Shown here: positions 23,241 through 35,900 of the stretch, piece after piece
Layout: each line of letters starts with the position of its first letter
Numbering within the stretch: position 1 is the first letter of the stretch
DNA from: Mustelus asterias
Taxonomy: Eukaryota
DNA length: 64,000 nt
Direction: 5' to 3'
Assembly (NCBI RefSeq): GCF_964213995.1
Contig: NC_135830.1
Span: forward strand, 13,206,001 to 13,270,000
Translations under genes and position numbers: made by a program
The notes under the pieces: generated by a model
The model's input: only the letters and a program-made list of their open reading frames with translations
The model's database searches: none
Told to the model about the DNA's origin: nothing

Positions 23241-23851
23241 TCCTCCTGATACTATTGTTTATTGCCCCTTCCGTCACGGTACTGATGATCAGGAGTAGAC
23301 TGATGGTCATTTGCGGCGTTGGATTTGACCTGATATTTGTAAACCGGGCAATCTTGGACAAATTGAAGCATTGGCGGTTAGATGGCAGTGTTGTAGCGTA
23401 GGAACAACTTAGCTCGGATTGCGGTAAGTTCTGAATCTGAATTCTTCAGCACCATTGCCAGAATATATTTTTATGACCATAGCATTGGCTGTTTTCAATG
23501 CTTTCAACTTTCTTTTTCTTTAATTCAAATCAAATGGAATTGGCATTTTTTCCGTTCAGTGTCTTCCCCACTCCGTCTCTATCTTTCTCTTTGTAGATCT
23601 GCGTCGGTTATTCCTTCGCTCAGTCTCTCTATCCTATTCCCCTCTTTTGTTCTTTTTTATTCATTCTATTCTCTCTATGTCTGGGTGGAACCAAACTTCA
23701 TTGAATTGATTCCTGAGATGAGGTGGTTGTTGAGCTGGGGACCCATCTTGATTTTAAGTGGCGGAGGAGACTCAACGGGACATGTGATCCAATCCCGCCT
23801 CATTGGTTCTGTTCACTGCCAATAACAGCTCTGGTAGCAATCACTTCTGAT

Positions 23852-23935
23852 GGTGTCACTGATGAGAATTCTAGGACACTAAATTGAGGATAGTGCAATT
23901 TGTGGAGGAGTGAGTTCAAATTCCCCCACCGTCAG
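23852..23935 (+). pseudogene. Highly degraded tRNA-Leu-like pseudogene
   Basis: GGAGGAGTGAGTTCAAATTCCCCCACCGTCA resembles the Leu variable arm and T-arm. Confidence 0.4.
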
Positions 23936-24141
23936 ATATTCACTGAATTTGCTTTAAACGTTAAGAATAACGTTGGTCAAACATGTGATCGCCAAAATGT
24001 TTCGCAGTGGAATGTATCATTATTCATTTTGATTGGAGGAACCAGAAGAGGCAATGTAAAATGAGAAACTTACGGGATTGTGGAAGCAGTTTTGTTGCTT
24101 CTCCAGTAAATCTGATCTGCTTCAGCTACACGGACTGCTGT

Positions 24142-24214
24142 GTTTCTGTCGTGTAGTGGTTATCACGTTCATCTCACACGCGAAACGTTCCTGGTTCAAG
24201 ATCGCGTAGAAGCA
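24142..24214 (+). pseudogene. tRNA-Val(CAC) pseudogene
   Basis: GTTTCTGTCGTGTAGTGGTTATCACGTTCATCTCACACGCGAAA... Confidence 0.85.
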
Positions 24215-25732
24215 TTTCCAAATGCTTTTTATTGCTCACTGATTCATATTTCAGAATTGTTCTCGTTTCTCACAAAGCTTTAATTGAACGGTTGAGTTAT
24301 TGCAGCATTTAAGTCGGGAATTGCTCTGTAATGAGAACAAAACGGAAGGTATGTGACAGAGAGCAAGACAGCATGGATTAACTGACACAAGGAATGATGG
24401 ACAAGTGCAACATTGAGCTGGTGATGGTGGAGTCCGGGTGATCTATTGATGCCGAATCAGTGTTTTCACCGCCAGGGCCCGGGGTTTATAACAATCGATA
24501 ACTAAGTAGAACATTTTGAATTTGCTCCGTTTGTGGGGATAATTGGATCTGAACACAAGGAAAAAGGTGCATTTTACTGGAATCATAAAGTGATATCGTG
24601 ATTGAGTGAATGTGTCTCAGGCGAAATTGGCCAGAAATGAAGCAATGAGTAAAGCGATCTTGATCAACTGATTGCAAATCTCTTAAATCAGCTTCACTGG
24701 AAGTTTCGTGGTCATGATTCAGTACGGTGGTTCGAGTTTGATTTCCACCCAAGGAATGAATAACTTTCTATAATTCTTCATTCAATGCAAACACACCTCA
24801 TAGCATCTGTGAAGGGCGAAGCAAGATTAATCTTCCAGCTGGATGTACTTGCACTAGAGTTGGAAAAGTCAGAGATGTAACATCAGCAATAAGCTCTGAC
24901 GAAGAATCACACGGCAAACACACGGCAGACAGTGATCACTGAAAGTAACTGACACATTTCAAATTCTGCCGCTTTCCATTAACATCTTTGAACTTCGTAT
25001 TGTCCATCTCAGACATTTCCTATGAATCAAATATTACCCACAAAATCTTCGCTCTGATGCTCGTTCCACTGATTACAGTAGAGTAACTGTTAAAATGGGC
25101 ATGCGGTTGGCTTCATAGCTCATAGCGCCAGTCATCGTGGCTGGCTGGTTAACGTGATGGAGTTCAAATCCATTGGGATTCCTGATTATTCCTGGTTTTA
25201 ACTCTATGTCCACACAGCGAATTGAATCAAATCCACCCAAACACTCCGTTGCACATTTCCGTTCATTCACAAAAGCATCACGGAACCTGCAGTCAGAAAT
25301 GGAACAGAGACGGAGCCAGGTTGTGTTTTCAGTGTGTTGTCTCTCCTTCGGCCTCTGTCACGCTGGGTGCGTGTATGTGTCTGGGTTTCTCTGTGTGCGT
25401 CAATGTGCTTTAGCTCCCCCTTGGAAATGAACAGCTTTTTACCGTCACAAAATTATCAACATTAGTTCAAAAGTTTAGTCATGAAATGTTTAAGAGAAAA
25501 GGTCAGAGTGAAAGATGTAAGAGGAGTTTGTAATGTTTGGAAGGAGGTGCAGCAAATAAATAGAAGACGGGAATGATGTTACTGCTGACTGAGAGGAATG
25601 CATTGTAACGGTGGAGATTTTATTGATCGGTTAATTGTAAACTTTGGATTCAGAACAAGCTGAGGCACCAGATGGAAACAGCGTTTGGCTTCACGTATGT
25701 TAAGAAAGGGTGCAAGCATCGCTACAGCAGGA

Positions 25733-25802
25733 GGACGGTTAGCTTAGTCGCAGCATATCAGATGTAATTTCAGAATCGTTGGTTGCAGCCCCACGTTAGA
25801 CT
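25733..25802 (+). pseudogene. Degraded tRNA-Lys-like pseudogene
   Basis: CGGTTAGCTTAGTCG...GCCCCACGTTAGA resembles the Lys-CTT ends. Confidence 0.45.
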
Positions 25803-26485
25803 CCATCGTGTTTAAACTTTGCTGCTTTCCTGGGTGAACTCCAGCTCTCCGTCCCTCCGGCAGCGTCACCAATCAAACTGAATCTTTTTCCATCCCGCTT
25901 TGTTGACCTCAGTGTCTGAATGAAAACTGCAATCAATAAAGGTGAAAGAGTTTAATGTTGATTCGGTGAGAAGTTTTCTTCTGACCCTGGGAATTTTTAT
26001 CCAGAAATGTGTGATATTTTTGTCAGTGTAAGCGGTTAAATCTGGCCCATTAGCACCCAGACGTTAGTTGTATCACGATCTCTATCGGCAGAACCTTACA
26101 ACCTATCACTGTCCTTCACTCTCTGTGTTTGTTCTTGACCAGTTGCACATGTGACATTTCCAACTCGCAAGCAAAACTACAAATCTCACTTCACTGATTC
26201 TGACAGAGCTGCTTTCGATCAGGAAGTACTTCAAGGTTTTTTCTCATTGCAAAAAAATCTTAGTACATCGAAGCCAGTCTGCGACCCTGAAAACGCGGAC
26301 CCCTCACCACTAGTTGACCAGGATCGCACCTGCCCGATTCTCCCAGATACTGATTTTAGCAATGTGCACAGTGCCAATTATCCACAGTCACACTCTCCTT
26401 CCTGTCTGTTAAGGTTAGAAATTGTTCACATTTTCACACTGGCTTCCAATGTGACGAAAACAGAGTTGTATACAGCTGACGCTGT

Positions 26486-26709
26486 TCTCTGGAATTCTCT
26501 GCCCACTGAGGTGGTGGAGGCTACCTCGCTGAATATGTTTAAAGCGCGGATGGATGGATTCCTGAGCGGTAAGGGAATTAAGGGTTATGGGGATCAGGCG
26601 GGTAAGTGGTACTGATCCACGTCAGATCAGCCATGATCTTATTGAATGGCAGGGCAGGCTCGAGGGGCTAGATGGCCTACTCCTGCTCCTATTTCTTATG
26701 TTCTTATGT
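26486..26709 (+). mobile_element. CR1 3' tail
   Basis: LWNSLPTEVVEA..FK..D motif, cttatgttcttatg tail; absent from the paralogous block at ~39160. Confidence 0.85.
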
Positions 26710-26949
26710 TTACTACAAGTTTATAACAGGTCGATGCTGACATTGCTCTTTGAATGTGGTGAGCTGCAGTGAAATTCAGTGCAGTTGAAGGAAGCGTACT
26801 CATTATTTTAGGAGGAAACAGCAAGGGCAATGTAAATATGAATTGCTGTGAGTAATTGACGGAATTGGGGAATGGGAATGGTTTTTCTCACTGCTGTTCA
26901 AACTGGCACAGGTATTGCATGATTATTTGCGGGCTACCATTGCGTGTTG

Positions 26950-27021
26950 GGTTCCGTGGTGTAATGGTGAGCACTCTGGGCTCTGAATCCAGCGATCCGA
27001 GTTCAAATCTCGGCGGAACCT
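26950..27021 (+). tRNA. tRNA-Gln(CTG)
   Basis: GGTTCCGTGGTGTAATGGTGAGCACTCTGGGCTCTGAATCCAGCGATCCGAGTTCAAATCTCGGCGGAACCT; all stems pair. Confidence 0.9.
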
Positions 27022-27278
27022 TGCTTTAATTAGTCAATGCTGAGGGTTGATTTGCCGAAGGGCGTTTCGTTCAATTTTTTCACAAAGTACGAATCGAGAG
27101 GGCAATTTGTCAGCCAGTTCAACTGCTATTACAATGCGCATTGCTGAGCCTCTGGCGCCAGATGCCTGGCGCATCAATGTCTTTTCATATTTTCTCTTCT
27201 CTTTAACTCCTCTCTTGAAAGAAAGGAGCAGCTGGTCCCGGAGCAACAGCCATTCGAATGGAGTCCAGCAATTATTGA

Positions 27279-27282
<4 letters not shown>

Positions 27283-27317
<35 letters not shown>

Positions 27318-27345
27318 GTCTGTGTGCGCGCGTGTGAGAGAGAGC
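27283..27345. repeat. (GT)n microsatellite
   Basis: Direct reading. Confidence 0.9.
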
Positions 27346-27407
27346 GAGTGTAGGTACGTGTGTGTGTTTTGGGAGAAAAGTCTAGTGTCTTCGGTTACAG
27401 TGCTGTC

Positions 27408-27452
27408 GATTCCATGGTGTAACGGATCGCACTCTGGCCTCTCGCATCCGAA
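27408..27452 (+). pseudogene. tRNA-Gln 5' fragment
   Basis: GATTCCATGGTGTAACGG..GCACTCTGG. Confidence 0.6.
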
Positions 27453-27746
27453 CTCTTTAAATTGGGACAGATGAGTGAGTGAATGACACGACACATGAAG
27501 ATGGACCCCGCCCCCCCCACCCCCTGTCTACAGTGGCTTCCCTGCCTCTCAGCGCATTGTATTCCTGAGCAATCATCCTCTGGGACTGATGCAATGACGC
27601 CAGGAGAGGCATTCGCTGCACCGTCTGCAATTTGATTGCCGTGGAATTTGCTGAGATTTCGTCAGTGTTTAGATTTCCACTTTCTGACTATTTAAAATAA
27701 AATGCCCTCCTGCAAACCCATCATAGGCTTTAGCAAAAAAAAAGCA

Positions 27747-27818
27747 AGGCTCCGCCACGATGCAAACTCGGGCTGTTGGATTCAGATTCCAGAGAGCTCA
27801 CTGGTACACCACATATCC
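27747..27818 (-). pseudogene. tRNA-Gln(CTG) pseudogene, inverted
   Basis: Reverse complement GTGGTGTA..GTGAGCTCTCTGGAATCTGAATCCAACAGCCCGAGTT..GGCGGAGCCT. Confidence 0.7.
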
Positions 27819-28058
27819 CAGAACGCGCCCACCGCTGGCAAATGGGCACTCGAAGAATTTGATCTCTTTCATTCGGTGTGACAGCAACAGCAAGTGTGAT
27901 TTCAACGTATCGTTATGCGCCACCGTTGATAGCAGAAAATCTCAGAAGACAGAGTGCCCCAAATCTACAGCAAATCATTTCAAGGCAAGAGCTTTAGGGA
28001 GATATCTCAAGAAATAGTCAGGTTTCGCAGGTCATTTGCAGTTCCTTGACGTGTTCTG

Positions 28059-28130
28059 TGTTCCGTGGTGTAATGGTGAGCTCTCTGTCCCTTGAATCCA
28101 GCGATCTGAGTGCAAATCTCGGCGGAACCT
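28059..28130 (+). pseudogene. tRNA-Gln(TTG) pseudogene
   Basis: Paralog of 26950-27021 with broken anticodon stem and T-loop. Confidence 0.85.
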
Positions 28131-28434
28131 TCCTTTCCTTCGCCAATGCTGATAATTGATTTTCTCAAGGACATTTCGTTTACATTTTTCACCAAGTACG
28201 AATCGAGAGGACAATTTGTCAATGCACATTGCTGAGAGTCTGGCGCCAGATGCTTGCAGCATCAGTGTTTTTCTTTTTTCATCTTTCGCCACTCTTTGAC
28301 GCTCTGTCGAATCAAAGGAGCAGTTGGTGTCAAACAACAACAACCCTTCGACAGGAGCCTGGCAATAATTGAGCAAGAGTGTGTATGTGTGAGATCGGGG
28401 TGAAAGACCTCCTGCTTTCAGCTGGCGCCCAGTT

Positions 28435-28506
28435 GGTTCCATGGTTTAACGATGAGCACTCTGGACTTTGAATCCAACAATCCGAGTTCTAATCTCTGTG
28501 GAACCA
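28435..28506 (+). pseudogene. tRNA-Gln(TTG) pseudogene
   Basis: GGTTCCATGG...CTGGACTTTGAATCCAA...GTGGAACC with A- and B-box mutations. Confidence 0.85.
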
Positions 28507-28566
28507 CTATTCTCAACACCCCAACTCTTGCTGAACTGCGGACAGGTAACTCAGTGAATGATATCG

Positions 28567-28880
28567 GACAACTGTGCGTTTTGTGGTTAGCACTTCTGCC
28601 TCGCAGTACCAGGGCCCGGCATTCAGTTTTGGCTTCGGGTGACTGTGTGCAGTTTGCACGTTCTCCCCGTGTCTGCGTGTGTGGAAGAAAACCGAGCACC
28701 CGGCGCACAATCCAAAGATGTGCGTTTAGATTGATTGGTCATGTTACGTTGCCCGTAGAATCAGGGGACTAACAGGGTAAATATATGGGATTACGGGGAT
28801 CGAGCCTGGGTGGAAATACTGCTGGTGCAGGCTAGTTGGGCCGAATGGCTTCCTTCTGCACTTTAAAGGTTCTATGATTC
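28567..28880 (+). mobile_element. HE1-type SINE
   Basis: gtggttagcac head, gggccgaatggcttccttctgcac tail. Confidence 0.85.
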
Positions 28881-30041
28881 ACCCTCCGAGCTCTTTATAT
28901 TCTTGAGCAATCGTCCTCTGGGGCTGAAGCCGTTTTGCGAGGACAGTGGCTCCCAAACTTTTTTCACTGGGCCGCACTTTCGGAATAAAAATCTGCTCGC
29001 GCCACACCAAAATTTTTATTGATAAGAAATGCATTCAAAAACAAAAAAAAAGGCCTTTCCTCCTAGCAGTGCTTGATTCATAACATAGAACACAACTACT
29101 TTCTAATATGATCAAGCAACATCCAGAAAGTATAAAACAATGCAGCGACATAAAAACATGATTCATTCCCAAAATATACTTATAGACGAGCCTCTTACAT
29201 ATGGAACCTTAAGTAAGTATACAAACTCAATGAGAGCTGTGAGCATGTTTTTGTCAGCTAATCTCATTTATATTAGATGTAATTTGAGACAAACAAACTC
29301 TCATCTCCTCATCAACACAAAGAAGCCTTTCTCTTTTCTGGTCTTTGATATTTGTCAGAACTAAAAATCCCTGTTCACAACAATATGTCGTTGAGAACTG
29401 TAGAAGAATCGCTAATATTCTTGAAGAGATGTGTGGATACTGTTTCTGGTTGTATATCCAAAAAGAGTCCAGTGGCATACTCCCGTGTTTCATTTTCAAG
29501 GTGCTATCACTCGAAATGCAGGCCATTTCCTCCTCCTCATCCAATGTCAGACCTGAACAGCTGGAATTCGCAAAGCGGTCTCTAACACAGTCGATTTTTT
29601 CTGTCGACAACGATGGGAAGTAATGATCAATCTTTTCTACCAGTGTTGCAAGATTTTCCTGTCTGAGGCCGTACGATTCATTGCTCGTTTTAAAACTTGT
29701 TACCAGTGGGAAAATTTCGAGGTTATGTCGCATTGATCTTCTGAGCCAGAGCTGAAGCTTTTTTTTGAATGCAGTTAGTTTGTCTCTAGTTGTGAGGATA
29801 TTGTCATCGCGGCCTTGCATACTGGCATTGAGCACATTCAACCGGGAAAAGATATTGGCCAAATATGCCAGCTTTGCACACCAGTCATTGTCATCCAGTT
29901 GGTGGTACAATGGGGTCCCTTCTTGTTCCAAACATTCTCTTAATTTGTTCTTCAGCTCCAACACCCGATTTAAAACTTTTCCGCGGGACAGCCAGCAAAC
30001 CTCTGAGTGCAGAATTAGGCATTGATGTTTTGATTCTATGT

Positions 30042-31425
30042 TAAGAAAGGGAATAGAAATGACCCTGGTAATTATTGCCCGGTTAGTCTTACTTCGGTGG
30101 TTGGTAAGTTGATGGAAAAGGTCCTTCGGGATGGGATTTACGACCATTTAGAAAGATGCGGAATGATCCGGGATAGTCAGCACGGATTCGTGAAGGGCAA
30201 GTCGTGCCTCACAAATTTGATTGAATTTTTTGAGGAGGTAACGAAGTGTGTTGATGAAGGTCGGGCAGTTGATGTCATATACATGGATTTTAGTAAGGCG
30301 TTTGATAAGGTCCCCCATGGTCGGCTTATGATGAAAGTAAGGAGGTGTGGGATAGAGGGAAAGTTGGTCGATTGGATAGGTAATTGGCTATCTGAGCGAA
30401 GACAGAGGGTGGTGGTGGATGGAAAATTTTCGGACTGGAGGCAGGTTGCTAGTGGAGTGCCACAGGGATCAGTGCTTGGTCCTCTGCTCTTTGTGATTTT
30501 TACTAATGACTTAGAGGAGGGGGCTGAAGGGTGGATCAGTAAATTTGCGGATGACACCAAGATTGGTGGAGGAGTGGATGAGGTGGAGGGCTGTTGTAGA
30601 CTGCAAAGAGGCATAGATAGGATGCATAGCTGGGCTGAAAAATGGCAGATGGAGTTTAACCCTGAAATATGTGAGGTGATTCATTTTGGTAGGACAAATT
30701 TAAATGTGGATTACAGGGTCAAAAGTAGGGTTCTGAAGACTGGAGGAACATAGAGATCTTGGGGTCCATATCCACAGATGTCTGAAGGTTGCCACTCAAG
30801 TGGAGAGAGCTGTGAAGAAGGCCTATAGTGTGTTAGCTTTTATGAACAGGGGGTTGGAGTTTAAGAGCCGTGGGTTATGTTGCAACTGTACAGGACCTTG
30901 GTGAGACCACATTTGGAATATTGTGTGCAGTTCTGGACAACTCACTATAAGAAGGATGTGGAAGCGCTGGAAAGAGTGCGAAGGAGATTTACCAGGATGC
31001 TGCCTGGTTTGGAGGGTAGGTCTGATGAGGAAAGGTTGAGGGGGCCAGGGCTGTTCTCTCTGGAGCGGAGGAGGTTGAGGGGAGACTTAATAGAGGTTTA
31101 TAAAATGATGAAGGGGATAGATAGAGTGAACGTTCAAAGACTATTTCCTCGGGTGGATGGAGCTATTACAAGTGGGCATACCTATAGGGATCATGGTGGG
31201 AGATGTCGGAAGGATGTCCGAGGTAGGTTCTTTACGCAGAGAGTGGTTGGGGTGTGGAATGGACACGTGTGGAGTCAGACACTTTAGGAACATTTAAGCG
31301 GTTATTGGATAGGCACATGGAGCACACCAGAATGATCGGGAGTGGGATAGCTTGATCTTGGTTTCAGATAAAGATCGGCACAACATCATGGGCCAAAGGG
31401 CCTGTTCTGTGCTGAACTGTTCTAT
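30042..31425 (+). mobile_element. CR1 LINE inserted in the transposase gene
   Basis: ORFs 30097-30753 and 30877-31287 carry RT motifs. Confidence 0.95.
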
Positions 31426-31740
31426 GGGCGGCACGGTAGCACAGTGGTTAGCACTGCTGCTTCACAACTTCAGGGTCCCGGGATCGATTCCCAGCTCGGG
31501 TCACTGTCTGTGTGGAGTTTGCACATTCTCTTCGCGTCTGCATGGGTTTCCTCCCACAGTCCAAAGATGGTTCGGTTGATTGGCCAGGTTAAAAAAAAAA
31601 GAAGAAATTGCCCCTTAGAATCCTGAGATGCATAGGTGAGAGGGGTTAGCGGGTAAATATGTGGAGGTCGGGCCTGGGTGGGATTGTGGTCGGTGCAGAC
31701 TCGATGGGCCGAATGGCCTCCTTCTGCACTGTAGGGATTA
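31426..31740 (+). mobile_element. Full-length HE1-type SINE inserted in the CR1 tail
   Basis: gggcggcacggtagcacagtggttagc...ctgcactgtagggatt. Confidence 0.92.
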
Positions 31741-32984
31741 TATGTTCTATGTCTTTACAGAGTTGAGCAAATAACTGCACCTTTAGTTGTTTTGCTTTGA
31801 TGAAGTTCACACTGCGCACAGTCCGATCTAGAACCAACTTCAAATCAGTTACAAGGGTCTTGGTGATTAATGCCTCTCTGTGTAAAAAACAGTGAGTTGA
31901 TATTACATCTGGATTTTTCTGCTTGATGAGTGCCGCCAAGCCTCTCACATTCCCTATCACACATGGCGCTCCATCCGTACCAATTCCAACACAAGAATCC
32001 CATGAACTCTCAACTTTTTCCAAATACTCAGACAAGGTTTGGAAAATATCTTGTCCTCTGGTATGTTTTTCAAGTTCCTTGCAAAATAGAAACTGTGTGA
32101 TTATTTCGTCATTGTGAATGAATCTGATATAGGCAAGCAACTGTGCTTTTCCACTAATGTCGGTCGATTCATCAACTTGAATGGCAAATTTAGAATTCTT
32201 CATCCTTTCGGATACACGCTTCTCATTATTAGCTGACATATCAACTATTCTTGTGTGAATTGTATTATCAGACGAAGGAATTTCCATAACTTCTCGCTCA
32301 GCATCATCACCAAACAAAGTTTTCACAATCAAGCTGCAGGCAGGCTGAATCAATTTTTCAGCTATTGTATGTGGTTTTGTCTGTTGAGCAATCAATTCAG
32401 TCACTTGGTAAGATACAATCTGCATCTTATCTGAGACTGCCATTCGTTTTTTGAAATATGATGGTTGGCATTTCTGCTGTTCCAAAAGCCTTTCAAAATA
32501 TTGAACATCCTTGTTTGCCAGATTTCCATGTTTTGACAACAGATGTCTTTTCATCGTGCTTGGGACCATATTGGAATTGGAAATCTTCTCACCACAGATC
32601 AAACACATAGGCCGAGGTATGTTTTAATCACCAGTCCATTTGAAACCGAGACTCAGATAGCTATCCATATATTGTCGACAAACTTTCTTTTTTGGAGGTT
32701 TGCTTGGGCCTGCTACTGGTGTAGAATTAAACGATTCTTCTTCAGCACTCTGTTCGAACGGCGATTCTGGATCACAACGTGTACTCGGATCGTACTCAGC
32801 ATCACTTGGTGCTCTTGCTCTCACTTTGGACAAATATCTATCCATGTTTAAAAGTTTCTTTGATTGTCCAGCAGGCCTCAACGCCGGATCAGATCCTATG
32901 GGTCCCGGGTTTGCAGCTGCGGGGATTTTATCTGAGTTCTGGCCCAGTGCCGTGGCCGCCATGTGTAGGTTAGGAGATTAGAGG

Positions 32985-35900
32985 GGACAGTAATTCAGGG
33001 TGTGGGGATAGGGCCTGGTGCAAGCTGCTCTGTTGATTAGTGGGGCAAGTATGTCAGGGAACAGGGATAGGGCCTGGGTACAGGTGCTCTGTTGACTAGT
33101 GGGGTCAGTACGTCAGGGGACAGGGATAGTGCCTGGGGAAAGGTGCTCTGATTAGTGGGGTCAGTACGTCAGGGGACAGGGATAGTGCCTGGGGAAAGGT
33201 GCTCTGATTAGTGGGGTCAGTATGTCAGGGTACAGGGCAAGGGCCTGGGAAAAGGTGCTCTGTTGATTAGAGGGGTCAGGGTGCAGGGATAGGGCCTGGG
33301 TAAAGCTGCTCTGTTGATTAGTGGGGTCAGTATGTCAGGGCACACGTATAGGGCCTGGGGAAAGGTGCTCAGTTGATTAGTGGGGTCAGTATGTCAGGGG
33401 ACTGGGATAGTGTCTGGGTAGATGTCCTCTGTTGATTAGTGGGGTCAGTATGTAAGGGGACAGGGATAGGATTGGGGAAAGGTGCTCTGTCGATTTTTGG
33501 GGTCAGTATGTCAGGGCACAGGGACAGGGCCTGGAGAAAGGTGCTCTGTTGATCAGTGGGGTCAGTGTGTCATGGATAGGTCGTGGGAAAAGGTGCTCTG
33601 TTGATTAGTGGGATCAGTATGTCAGGGTCCAGGGCTCAGGCATGGGAAAAGGTGCTCTGTTGATAATGGGGCCAATATGTCAGGGGGCAGTGATCGGGCC
33701 TGGGTAAAGGTGCTCTGTTGATTAGTGGGGTTCATTTGTTAGGGTACAGGGAGAGGGCCTGGCTAAAGGTGCTCTGTTAATTAGTGGGGTCAGTATGTCT
33801 TGGTCACCGGGATAGGCCCTGTGGAAAGTTGCTCTGTTGATTCGTGGGGTCAGGGTTCCGGGGTAGGGCCTGCGTAAAGATGCTCTGTTGATTAGCAGGG
33901 TCAGTATGTTAGGGGACAGGGATAGGGCCTGGGTAAAGGTGCTCTGTTGATTCTTGGGGTCAGTATGTCGGGGTACAGGAATAGGGCCTAGGTAAATGTG
34001 CTCAGCTGATTAGTGGGGTCAGGGTGCAGGGATAGGGCCTGGGTAAAGGTGCTCGGTCCATTCGCAGGGTCAGTATGTCACGGCACAGGGATATGGCTGG
34101 GGAAAGGTGCTCTGTTGATTTTTGGGGTCAGTATATCAGGGTACAGGTATAGGGCCTGGGTAAAGGTGCTCTGTTGTTAGTGGGGTCAGTATGTCAGGAC
34201 ACAGGCATTGGGTCTGGGTAAAGATGCTCTGTTGATTAGCAGGGTCAGTATGTCAGGGGACAGGGATAGGACCTGGGTAAAGGTGATCTGTTGATTAGTG
34301 TAGTCAGTATGTCAGGGTACAGGAATTGGGCCTGGGTAAACGAGATCTGCTGATTTGTGTGGTCAGTATGTCGGGGTACAGGAATAGGGCCTAGGTAAAC
34401 ATGCTCTGCTGATTAGTGGGGTCAGGGCACAGGGATAGGGCCTGGGTCAAGGTGCTGTGTTGATCAGTGGGGTCAGTATGTCAGGGGGTAGGAATAGGGC
34501 CTGGGTAAAGGTCCTCTGTTGTCAGTGGGGTCAGTGTGTCAGGGTACAGGGATAGGGTCTGGTAAAGGAGCTCTGTTGATTAGTGGGGTCAGTATGGCAG
34601 GGAAAGGGCCTCGGGAATGGTGCTCTGTTGATTAGCAGGGTCAGTATGTCAGGGTGCAGGGATAGGGCCTGGATATTTGTGCTCCGTTGATTAGTGGGAT
34701 CAGCATGTTAGGGTACAGGGATACGGCGTGGGTGAAGGTGCTCTGTTGATTTGTGGTGTCAGTTTGTCAGGGTACAGGGATAGGTCCTGGGGAAAGGTGC
34801 TCTGTTGAATACTGTGTTTAGTATGTCAGGGTTCAGGGATAGGGCCTGGGGAAAGGTGCTCCGTTTGTTACTGGGATCAGTATGTCAGGGTACAGGGATA
34901 GGGCCTCGGTAAAAGTGCTCTTTTGATTAGTTGGGTCAGTATGTCAGGGTACTGGAGTAGTGCCTGGGAAAAGATGCTCTGATTAGTGGGGTCAGTATGC
35001 CAGGGTACAAGAATAGGGCCTGGTTAAAGGTGCTCTGTTGATTAGTGGGGTGAGTATGTCAGGGTACAGGGATCGGGCCTGGGGAATGTTGCTCTGATTA
35101 GTGGGGTCAGTGTGTCAGGGTACAGGGATAGGGCCTGGGCAAAGGTGCTCTGTTGATTTGTGGGTTCAGTATGTCACGGTACAGGGATCGGGCCCGAGTA
35201 AAGGAGCTCTGATTTGTGGGGTCAGTATATCAGGGTATAGGGATTAGGTGTGGGTAAAGGTGCTCTGTTTATTAGTGGGGTCAGTCTGTCAGGGTAGAGG
35301 GAAAAGGCCTGGATAAAGGTGCTCTGTTGATTAATGGGGTCAGCATGTCAGGGCACAGGAATAGGGCCTGGGGAAAGGTCCACAGTTTATTAGTGGGATC
35401 AGTATGTTAGGGGAGAGGGGTAGAGCCTGAGGAAATGTGCTCTGTTGACTACTGTGTTTAGTATGTCAGGGTTCAGGGATAGGGCCTGGGGAAAGGTGCT
35501 CTTGTTGGTCAGTGGGGTCAGTATGTCAGGGTACAGGACTAGGGCCTGGGAAAAGATGCTCTGATTAATGGTGTCAGTATGTCAGGGTACAGTGATAGGG
35601 CCTGGGTAAAGGTAGTCTGTTCATTTGCATGGTCAGTATGTCAGGGTATAGGGATGCGGTCTGGGTAAAGGTGCTCTGTTTATTCGTGGGGTCAGTCTGT
35701 CAGGGTAGAAGGATAGGGCCTACGTAAAGTTACTCTGCTGATGGGTGGTGTCAGTATGTCAGGGGACCGGGATAGGGCTTGGGTAAAGGTGCTCAGTTTA
35801 TTAGTGGGAACAGTATGTCAGGGGAGAGGGGTAGGGCCTGAGGAAAGGTGCTCTGTTGAATACTGTGTTTAGTATGTCAGGGTACAGGGATTGGGCATGG

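Larger units (their letters stand above)
28944..32962 (-). mobile_element. hAT (Buster/Charlie-type, ZBED5/ZBED8-like) DNA transposon, inactivated; one TIR at 28944
   Basis: BED finger (CLIC..RHLLSKH), DESTD, TDGA, HCFLHREAL, WLSRG, TTYCCEQGF; TIR CAGTGGCTCCCAAAC; stop at 32624 and a 1.7-kb insertion. Confidence 0.93.

Noticed and set aside
25299-25372. Leader-like exon MEQRRSQVVFSVCCLSFGLCHAG with a GT donor
   Set aside because: No downstream V exon; similar sequence recurs non-coding at ~21690 and ~60540.
29254-32845. Domesticated ZBED/SCAND3-like gene
   Set aside because: In-frame stop, nested CR1/SINE insertion and a retained TIR indicate a dead transposon.
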